Of a stretch of DNA of 64,000 nucleotides, positions 53,801-64,000 are shown piece after piece. This stretch comes from Eledone cirrhosa (lineage: Eukaryota), in the NCBI GenBank assembly GCA_964016885.1, contig OZ024749.1, positions 43,958,001 to 44,022,000 on the forward strand, read 5' to 3'. Each line of letters opens with the position of its first letter. Position 1 is the stretch's first letter. Position numbers and translations under genes: made by a program. The notes under the pieces are model-generated. The model was not told the DNA's origin, did not search any database, and worked only from the letters and a program-made list of their open reading frames with translations.

Positions 53801-55816
53801 TTAGTAATAGCATTTTTTTTTTTTAAACCCCTCTAAAATTTTTTTTGTATTTTCAAAATAAATTGAAACTTTTTTATTAAAAAAATATGGTCAGAAAAAA
53901 GTTAAAGAAACAATAATAATCTTGTATATGTAATATATTATATATATATATATACATAGGCCATTGAGGTGTTCTCTGAGAACTTTTGATTTGTGCAAAT
54001 GTTTACATTTAAGATATATGTGAGCCATTGAGAGTCTCAGACCATTTCAAATTTTTGTAAGATATATAATATACATGTGAGCCATTGAGGTGCTTTCTGA
54101 GTGCCTTGAACATATTCAAATTTTTGTAACATATGTGGACCTCAGATGTTTTCAAATTTCAAATATGGCCCAAGATTAAAGGTAAGCCACTGTAAAGAGA
54201 AGTTGCTAATTCCTGCCCTAGGCAAAAAACCTGAGATAATCAACGCAAGATATCAACTCATCTGAATCTGCCTCCCATCCACCCATTTTAAAGAGTCAAT
54301 ATTTGTCAGAATCTTTGTTAAATTATGTCCCAAACACCAGCTTAATTACACTGAATCCTAAATTCTTGATTAAATTTCAAGATTAATTGAAACATTGCAA
54401 GTAGTGCATTTCATTAGAAACAAGTGACTGAAAATATACCATGGTCATTCTGAGAAAACATAATACAATAATAAGGCCACAAATTTTGGGATATGAAGGG
54501 GAAGTGGTTATTGTGAACTACCACCATCCCACCCCAATACACATCTAGTATTTATTCTATCGACCAAGCCATCATTTTACAGAGTGAAAAGATATATATA
54601 TATAAATATATGTATATCATCATTATCACTATTTAATAATAATATATATATAATAATGAAATAATATCCAATATGTGTGTGTATATGTATATGTCCACAT
54701 GTAGGTGTCACGACAAAAAGCACCCAGTCCATACTGTAAAGTGGTCGTGTAGGAGAGACAGTAAAAAGGCTCACAGTCCACACTGTAAATGTGGTTGGAG
54801 TTAGAAAGGGCATCCAGCCATAGAAAATCTGCCAGATACAGTCCTATATGAACAAGACACGATCACCCAACCAATCTAGCCTCAAGTGGGAAAATTCCCA
54901 TGCTAGCGTGGAAGATAGACGATGATATATATATATCAAGTTGTGCGCCAATCAGCCAAAGAATACGATAAAGTTATCTCAGTATATATACAGTATAGAT
55001 GTAAACAAGTCTGCTTGTGTGCTCTTAGCAGAGTCCATTCTGTTGTAAACATTCTGTTTGAGAATATCAAGATCTCCCCACCCCTTTCTTCCATCAGTCA
55101 CAGAGGCCCTGAGAAAAAGCTATGGGTACAACCCTCACTCTTCTGACGAAACCATTAAAAAAAAAAAAACCTTGTTAACCTCTCAGCTGGTTGTTTGATA
55201 TGTTATTAAGTCAGTCATTCATCCCTGTTTTATTGCTATTGGAATGACTAACAGTAAAATATAAGTTTGAATAGAACTATCTGTGGATATAGAGTTGAAA
55301 TTCCATTATAATGAAAATTTCTTCTTTCGACTGAAACAAATTGAATGTTTGTTTGTTATTACCTGAGGGATTGAAAAAATTTCATTATACTGAAAAATTC
55401 ATAACGGAATTTTACCTGTATTACACACTAGATTTGTCATTTTCACCTGAAGAATATTTCCAACGGTTTAGTGGGGTGGGTGGATGGGATGGTTAAAAGT
55501 TTTTAAAAATCCTCTGTACTCTAATAAACTTTATTTCAACTTAGAGGATTTAAAAAAATAAAATTAAAGAATCCAATGCAAACAAAAAATACAGAAGTAC
55601 GAAAAGGTTATAGAAACAAAAAAAAAAAAAGAACCAGCTAAAGTGGTTTGTGAAATTTTACTAATTGTGAAAATATTTTCTTTTATTTATCTTATAATTC
55701 TCATAAGTTTGGAGAATTTATTCAAAAGGATGGAGATCAATTAGAAGGCGGATGAAAAAAAAAATTTAAATTGATATGTGTATATGTGAAACCATGTGGT
55801 AACTTATTGGTTTCAT

Positions 55817-55817
55817 A

Positions 55818-55902
<85 letters not shown>

Positions 55903-55923
55903 ATGTGTATATATATATGTGTG

Positions 55924-55954
<31 letters not shown>

Positions 55955-56259
55955 GTGTGTATGTATGTGTGTGCATGTATATATGTGTGTGTATATATAT
56001 GTGTGTGTATATATATGTGTGTATATATATATATGTGTGTGCATATATATATGTGTGTGTATATATATGTGTGTATATATATATATATGTGTGTATATAT
56101 ATGTGTGTGTATATATATATGTGTGTGTGTATATATATATGTGTGTATATATGTGTGTGTGTATATATATGTGTGTATATATATGTGTGTGTATATATAT
56201 ATGTGTGTGTGTATATATATATGTGTGTGTGTATATATATATATGTGTGTGTGTGTGTG

Positions 56260-56342
<83 letters not shown>

Positions 56343-56430
56343 GTGCATGTGTATATATATATATATATATATGCATATATACAATATGTTGAAAAGGTAA
56401 CATATATATGTATATATATATATATATGAT
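55817..56430. repeat. (TA)n/(TG)n compound microsatellite
   Basis: Seen directly. Confidence 0.95.
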
Positions 56431-56667
56431 ATGGGTGAGGGAAATACCTCAGAGGAATATTCTAAAGAAAAAAAAAAAATATGAGTGGATCTTAAATTCA
56501 TGGGTTGTTTCAGAAAATTTTGGAACGTAAGAAAATTTCATTTAAAATATAGCAAATGTCTTCAGGTTAAATGAAATAAAAGAAAATTTGGTACTAAAGA
56601 TTCTCTACGATTAAACAGATTATACAAAAATATTATTACTATTTTTTTTCAAAAATGATCTTTAAAA

Positions 56668-59600
56668 CTACAACTGAAATAGTTTTATGTATAAAATGGT
56701 TAACACTACAAAAATCCAACTGATTCGGAATGAAGACGCTCCAGCAATTCGGCATTTTAATGTGTCATACCTAAAAAAGAATTAAGCAGAAAAATTATAT
56801 CAGTGAGGACATTTTTCTTATTGTTACAGAGTGACATTAAAGCTTTCTGGGTAATGAATAAATAAAAATATTATAAGGGATGGATCTTATCTTTGAGGGA
56901 AGAGTAGATTGTGTGATGCCTGCATCAGGAGTGCGATGTTTCATGGAAGTGAGACATGGGCAGTAAATGTAGAGGTTAAAGAGAAATGAAGTGAGCATGC
57001 TACGATGGATGTGTGATGTTCATGTATGATGAGGCGTCGATGAACTGATAGAAAAGCTATGTATAAGAATAATCAGATATAGTGCACGAGAGTGAAGACT
57101 GCACTGGCATGGATGATCCCTGGGTAAAGCCAGGAGATAGCTGTGGAATGAAGCTACAATAGAAGAAGTGGTGGCAGTAGTCTTACCTGTTAGCTTCATT
57201 TCTCATCTTTTTGTTGTATTCTTCAACCATTGTCTGACCATTGTAATACCACTGCAGATCATTAAATGGATATTCATAGCCCTGTTTACATTCACACTTG
57301 TAGGAGCCTTCCGTGTATTTCAAATGAGATTGTAAAGGAACACACTGGAAACAGGAGAGAATATGACATCTTAACCAAAGAGAAAAAAAAAAGTCATATT
57401 GCTGGGGGTGCTGCTGCTGCATTCCCCAACAAAAAATTGTTGTCAGAAAATTTTTAAATTTTCCAAAAATATTGTATACTTTGATCATTTATTTTAATTA
57501 AACAAAATATAATAAAATATGTACAATACAATAATGAATAAAGATGTCATAATAATTGTTTCTACTTTTAGCACAAGGCCAGCAATTACCCAATGCATTA
57601 CTGGTACTTTATATTATCGACCCCGTAAGGATGAAAGGCAAAGTTAAATTCGGCGGGATTTGAACTCAGATCATAAAGATGTCATAATAATAATTGGCTA
57701 GCATAAAAATTATGAACATCAGCAATCCCCCAAAATGATACAAGCAATAGGCTTATCATCTTAACCCTTTTGATACCAACCCACATTAAACCACTCCTGG
57801 TTTAATGAAACAACTATTCATAATGTTCAAACTTATATTAAAACCTTCCCTCATAATTTTATAATAAATGGGCAAAGAAGAAGACATATACGTACACACA
57901 CATTTACATATCATATATTATTTTTACAAACACTATATAAAATTAAAGCAGCTTACATAAGTGGTCTCATAGTCACAGCGAGCAGTGCTTTTAAAGGCAT
58001 TGGCTACATAGAAGCTGGCAGGGCATTGATCGAGATCTAAATAATTTATGTCGACATCAACTGTAATAACACCCCTGAAATTGAAAACAAAATGAAACTG
58101 AGGATTATTAAAGGTTGACAAATGAGAACAGAAATACAGAAAAAAGATTAGCTAGAAGCTAGGTGTATAGCTCATGCTCTAGGCATGCACTTAGAATTAG
58201 ATGGACAGCTCATATAACAAATGAATGTCTAGTTCTGGTACTACAATGAAATACACCCAGTACACACTGTAATGTGGTTGGTGTCAGGAAGGGCAACCAA
58301 CCCTAGAAACCATGGCAAAATGGAACATATTAAGTTAGCTGTGGACTCCAACCTATCTAGAAGGACATTATCACTGATTAAATAGTGATCTGGTCTGTAA
58401 TTATCCAGATGTAAAATGATGATGATGATGTCAAACCAATACAAGGATGGAAAAAGGATGTAAAAACAATGGTGATGATGATAATGAAAGTATATAGATA
58501 ACTTACTTAAATTCAATTTGAGTCTTCAATGTATTTGTTCCAAAAAATGGCACAACATAAGTGAGAACCCAAGCATTAACTCGGTCATCACACTTAAACA
58601 CAGGGCGTAACCATTCTCCATCTTCGTATTTCGGTGCATAATATGTGAGAGGGTAATACTCGAATCGTATTAAACTGGACCCATTGATGTCCGACCGCAT
58701 CATTGGACGAGTTATAAATTTCTCCAGTGAATGATAGTTTGTAGCCCAACGAGATTTCATGTCCGTAAACCAACGTTTATCAGTATAACGGTCTTTGAAA
58801 CCAGCAAAATCAATAACTCGGGATCTTGTCTTATCTCCAGTTTTCCAAGCAAATGGACCAAAGTATTCCCGCGTTACTTCATTTACATAACGTGGATCGG
58901 TATTATTTCCAGGCGATATCCGATATTTATATTGATCAAAGAATATACCAGAACCAAGTATCTTGAAGTCACTCATTACAGTAGCTATAACCTCTCCATA
59001 CATTTGTGTATCGTGTAAACGACGATCACCTCTAAGAATACCAAATTCTTCATACTCGTCAACATTTTGAAGAAAATTACTGAGAAAATGGGCAAGTCTT
59101 AGTGCAGATCGCCCTTGAGATTCAAACTGCTTCTCAGCACCATAGCCAGCATCTCCAGGAAGAAGCAGTTGGTTTGCTGTTAGGTGTTTGCAATTATCTT
59201 TTGTTGTTTTCTGTTTACGTTCAATAATTTCTCTCATTCTCATCCACATGACATTGTCAAAGAGATCTCGTTTCTTACGAGAAAGATTGCCTTCTCTGGC
59301 AACAAACCGTCTAGCTGTGCTGGTCTTTAAGGGAATGAAATCTTTTGAAGAGTACTCCATATTTGGCGCAATCCATCTCAAACTCCTGTGAGCAGTAGGA
59401 AATATAATTTTCAGAAACTCATCATGTTTTGAACTAAAAGATGCTAGGGATCGTTTCTTAACGTTTTCAATGATTTCTGGGTTCTTTTTAGGGATCACCT
59501 GGGCAACTAGAGATAAAGAGAAAAAGCAAAATTAGGTGAATTTTATTCGCTCTTATCTAAAACAGAGCCAGAGAGACATACTCACAGAAAGTTAGAAAGG

Positions 59601-61041
59601 AAGAGATGCAGAAAAATAAAGAGAGAGAGAGAGAGGAGAGATAGAGGGACTGAGAGTACATACAAATAATATAAGCAATAAAAAATGTTAAAAAAATACT
59701 GAATTTTCTTACAATCAACTGGGACACAGTCAAAGCCATTCTCATATTCCTCTTTAGTAGAAGCTTCTATTTCTACTCCAAGGAAAGGTCCATCATGCCA
59801 CCAGGGGTATTTGTATAAAGGTTGACATGCACACATGTAACTACCACGTCGAAAACCAAATCCACTCAAAGGTTCACACTGAAAAGAATATTATACATTT
59901 TTAGATTTTACAGGCAAAACCAACTGGGAAGAGACACAGGTGTAGATCCCGAGAGCAAAATAGTTGAATAGCATCCATGAGCACAGCTGCTCTCTCTTGG
60001 AGAACTAATTGGATCAGTTGGAGATGGTTGCTTCTGACAGGACCCACTGGAAGCCGTGTTTGAGGACTCTGCTCCCACAACTCTCTCAGGAATAAGTGAG
60101 CGATGAAAAATAAATATTCTACTGAAACTCAGTAACAACAAAGAGTAATCTCAGTAATATAAATATTTTGACTACCTTGGTATTGAACATTTTTTACTCA
60201 TGTTTGGCAAAAAGCACCCAGTACACACTGTAAATGTGGTTGGCATTAGAAAGAGCATCCAGCCGTAGAAACCAAGTCCAAATCAGTTCTGTCCCCCAAC
60301 CTGATCCCTCATAAAGGGACATTCCGTCCTACCCATGCTAGCGTAGAAGATAGACATTAAACAATGATATAACAACAATGAGGTTTCCAAATGCTAACAT
60401 ATGAACATATGTGTGAGTTTCAACATCATTGTTTAAAGTCTATTTTCTATGCTTGCATGGGTTAGACAGGTTGTCACATTTTGAGGCTACACTAATCAGG
60501 TAATCATGTCATGCTCATGCGCTCCATGTTTGGCTTGGTTTATATGGCTGGATGCCCTTCCTGTAAGGTGGTAGTGTTGGTGTCAGAAAAAATGCACCCT
60601 GCTCACCCTGTCAGATGGTTTGCATCAAGAAGAGCATCCAGCTATAGAAACTATGACAAATATGGACTGTAATAAGCAACATTGGTTGCTCTGACCCATC
60701 TTATCTCAGTAACAATCCATCCAACCCATGCCACCATGGAAAGGGGGGGGGGGGGGCATAAAATAATGATGATGAAAGCAAAACAACCTTTTCTCATCAA
60801 ATCACCTCCCATCTTACAATTAATATGATGATGATGATGATGATGATGATGACCACTATTGCTGTCTGTCCATCTCTCAAAGATTTAAAATAAACCATTC
60901 TTACCAGAGTGGTAGACTTGCATCGTGCTGTGCCAGCAAAATAGTTTGGTGCGGGGTTTCCTTCAGATGTTGGGCACGGATTAAAGTCAATGCGTTCAAA
61001 TTCCAGATCAATACTTGTAACAGCCACAAACCTAAATAAAG

Positions 61042-61090
<49 letters not shown>

Positions 61091-61154
61091 CCGGGGAAGG
61101 AAGTGTGGTATATACATGTATATATATGTGTATTCAATCTGCCACCCACCCCAT

Positions 61155-61199
<45 letters not shown>

Positions 61200-61371
61200 A
61201 AAAGAGTCAGGACCTTGACGGCTGAGCTCCAGCCATTTCGACAGCTAGATTCGAAATAGCCGGAGTTCAGCAGTTGGAGTCCTGACTCTTTTCCTATGAC
61301 CCACTCTACTACCCTAAGTATCGAGTACTCTGGTGCGTTATGGTCCACCTGGTATCTTACCACACCTTCTT

Positions 61372-61449
<78 letters not shown>

Positions 61450-61497
61450 ATCCAACCCATGCAATCATGGAAAAGGGGACGTAAAAACGATGATGAT

Positions 61498-61535
<38 letters not shown>

Positions 61536-61935
61536 AATATACACGGGTGTGTATGATTGTGTATAGAAAATTATATTAATATAATGAACCTGAAGATTGC
61601 GAAAGCATGAAAGTACTTGTTCAATTAATACTTAACATTTAATATTCTACCATACTATTTCATTCTAATACCATTATACATTTTAAAGGATTGTAAATAA
61701 AACGAGTAAATCAGACAAAGTTGGAATTCCTTTTATTAATATATATATATATATATATAACGAAGGAAATGTGGTAAGGAACCAGGTGGACCATAACGCA
61801 CCAAAGTACTCAATACTTGAGGTAGTAGAGTGGACAATAGGAACCAGTAAGACCCCGACAGCTGAGCTCAAGCCGTTTCGACGGCTAATTCTGTCGAAAC
61901 GGCTTGAGCTCAGCTGTCGGGGTCTTACTGGTTCC

Positions 61936-61967
<32 letters not shown>

Positions 61968-63783
61968 GAAATATATGCTATCGCCGTATTTTGACTAAAG
62001 AAATTATTTAGCCTGATAGTGGGGTTAAGAACCCTCGGAGAAATGGAAAAAGATGATGTGTTGGTGTAATGATAGCACAGTGGTCTGGATAACCGCAGAT
62101 GTGGGTTCGACTCCCATGTACGTCAATACTCATCTTTTTCCATTTCTCCGAGGGTTCTTAACCCCACTATCAGGCTAAATAATTTCTTTAGTCAAAATAC
62201 GGCGATAGCATATATTTCTAATTTCAAACTCGCTCGCTGTTTCGAAAACATTCTTACCTATATATATATACACACAAAAACTCCAACAAACTAATCAAAT
62301 TGAAGCAATTAAATATTGAATTTTTTTAAAATCCAGCGATTCAGCTCTGCGGCGTCTGGGGCGAAAACCACACTATTCGGCAACTAGCTTGAAATCAACA
62401 ATATCCCTACATCTCTTTGCCAGGCACTTAGCATACATTTTACCAGGGAGGCTTAACAAGGAGAGCCCTCTTTAATTGGAGAAAGCTGTCTTGTCTCTCT
62501 TTTTGATAATTGAGATTATCACTCCCGATTGCCATTGCTAAGGAGCCTTTCCAGAGAAGCAGGGTTCCTGGCACACTTAAGTAAGCCAGAAATACTTCCT
62601 CTATTTTAGGCTTTTAACATCTCAGGTCGAAATTCATACTCCCCAGATGCCTTACTACATTTGAGCTCTTTAATTGCTCTTGTGACTTCAACCTCCAAGA
62701 GGACAGTCATCGCTCCCAGTATGAGTCTAATTACCCTTACCGGGTACCAAATAACCATACTTAAGATATAAATATTTAAGTGGATAAAATATATACTTAC
62801 TGAGGTCTTCTTAAATGGGTAGAGTTTGAATAGCGAGGCATAAATTCAACAACAGGAGCTGTTGCACTGACAATCCACTTATTTGTTCGTCCACAATCAA
62901 AGTAAGGATCAGTGAAGACAACAGGAAGATACATTTGTTCTAGACTCCCTGGTTGAGGAGGACCAAAGAAAGACGAAACTTGGAAACCATCAGTGACAAA
63001 TTCACCTGTCTTCTCCGATCTTCGAACACCAACATTATAGGTATACTTCCTAAGAGTGTCCAAGTTATTGTTCAAATCAGGTAACCATTTACTGTACCAA
63101 GGGCTGTGTTTATAGGCTGGATTGCTGTAGTTGTGACTACGGCCTGCTCCATAATCGTGAATGTCAATTGTATTGTTTGTGGGTTCCCGCAACCAATTTG
63201 TGGGTTCGTTGTAGTCATCTACCCGCCAAGCTTTAGGGCCAAAGAGAGGCAGAGTATCGTTCAATCTCATCGTAGTGTACCAATTAGGGTATGAACAGTT
63301 GTTGTCAAAAAACAGTCCACTGCCGTTTATCATACTAATTCCAGCAGACACATCGGCGGCCAGAGAGAAGTAAATATACTCAAACCCTGGTTGTTTTATT
63401 AGGGCTTCGCTCTTGTTAAGTTCCTGATAGATATAACTGAAATAAAATGCCCGGTTAAGAGCCAAGTTGTGAGCGTGCAAAAGACTAGATCTGTTCGTGT
63501 AATAAACGGTAGAGAGGAAAGTATTATAACGAGGTATTTGAGATACAACGCCTTTCAGAAGGTTGGTGTCTAAACGAAGGTCTGTATAATGTTTCGAACG
63601 ACAATTATCTCCTGTTACCGCTGTAAACTTTTCCATTATCTCATCAAAGTTATCCTTAGGAGAAAGTTCAAAAGGTTGAGCGTCAATTAAAGGACCATTC
63701 CAAGAAAGTAAATATGCGAATGTGCAAACAAATATTATAAATATTGTGTTGAGGCCGCCACTATAACTCGGCCTCAGCTCCAT
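56668..63783 (-). CDS. Secreted/GPI-anchored protein with two tandem GPR158/GPR179-like ectodomains (Cache-like + EGF-like), 884 aa, 7 coding exons
   Basis: Exons 62801-63783, 60905-61031, 59713-59878, 58507-59506, 57957-58074, 57187-57344 and 56668-56770; GT-AG, phases consistent, 2655 nt. N-terminal hydrophobic signal. Motifs PYFDC...[15 protein letters not shown]...F..TARC and [18 protein letters not shown] resemble the GPR158 ectodomain and occur twice. C-terminus is [25 protein letters not shown]. Confidence 0.8.
61195..61378 (+). mobile_element. Hairpin+tail element in (TA)n, copy 1
   Basis: Hairpin 61195-61297 plus an ~80-nt tail. Confidence 0.7.
61585..61623 (+). ncRNA. Minimal type-I hammerhead ribozyme motif (Penelope-type)
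   Basis: TGAAC-CTGAAGA-T.TGC.GAAA.GCA.T-GAAA-GTAC-TT-GTTCA: stem I TGAAC/GTTCA, conserved core, GAAA-capped stem II, palindromic stem III AAGTACTT. Confidence 0.7.
61759..61938 (-). mobile_element. Hairpin+tail element in (TA)n, copy 2 (inverted relative to copy 1)
   Basis: Perfect 46-bp arms 61837-61938; tail homologous to 61298-61378. Confidence 0.7.
61963..62258 (+). mobile_element. Perfect 94-bp inverted repeat element with tRNA-like loop and 35-nt tail
   Basis: Arms 61963-62056 and 62130-62223 are exact reverse complements; tail 62224-62258; (TA)n on both sides. Confidence 0.8.
62055..62125 (+). tRNA. tRNA-like cloverleaf (GGA at the anticodon position), probably a pseudo-tRNA or element head
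   Basis: Acceptor GATGTGT/GTACGTC, D GTGT/GCAC, anticodon GTGGT/ACCGC with loop CTGGATA, 4-nt variable loop, T arm GTGGG-TTCGACT-CCCAT, discriminator A, and T5 about 10 nt downstream. Confidence 0.55.
62340..62745 (-). mobile_element. Degenerate LINE RT N-terminal fragment
   Basis: Minus-strand [18 protein letters not shown] matches the pre-RT 'EV..AI..LK..KA.G' motif. Confidence 0.5.
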
Positions 63784-64000
63784 TTTTTTTCTGCTCCTCT
63801 TTCTTATTTTTATGTAGAAAGATTTATCACAAATAACGTTGAATAAACAGTATTTACATAGATGATATATAAAACACCTTCATTAGAACATACCTTCAAC
63901 CACCTGTAGCATATTCAAAATGGCTTCTGATAATTAAAAAAAAAAGGTAATAAAAAAAATTAAAACAATAACAATGTCACCAACCGTCTAACAACAGGTA

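Noticed and set aside
55737-56501. Overlapping 190-250-aa ORFs on both strands
   Set aside because: (TA)n/(TG)n microsatellite artefacts.
62055-62125. Functional tRNA-Ser(GGA) gene
   Set aside because: No long variable arm, pyrimidine at position 37, altered D-loop GG, many G-U pairs, and embedded in a repeat element; kept only as tRNA-like.

Overview
AT-rich, microsatellite- and transposon-dense eukaryotic DNA. The repeat landscape and zinc-finger style suggest an octopus or other coleoid cephalopod (inference). Five protein-coding genes can be reconstructed by hand. (1) A 12-finger C2H2 zinc-finger gene (-). (2) PSMA1 with 11 coding exons (-), containing two U12-type minor introns. (3) DDIAS-like, with a single coding exon (-), head-to-head with (4) NDUFB6 (+, 2 exons). 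(5) A 7-exon gene (-) encoding an 884-aa protein of two tandem GPR158/179-like Cache+EGF ectodomains, with a furin-site linker, a GPI-like tail and no 7TM. The rest is (TA)n-based satellite (with a 200-N gap), tRNA-derived SINEs, RTE/CR1/Tx1 LINE relics, and piggyBac, mariner and CACTA-like MITEs. There is also a set of 'hairpin + tail' elements inserted in (TA)n, one carrying a complete tRNA-like cloverleaf inside a perfect 94-bp inverted repeat, next to a minimal hammerhead ribozyme motif. All calls were made by eye; no searches were run.
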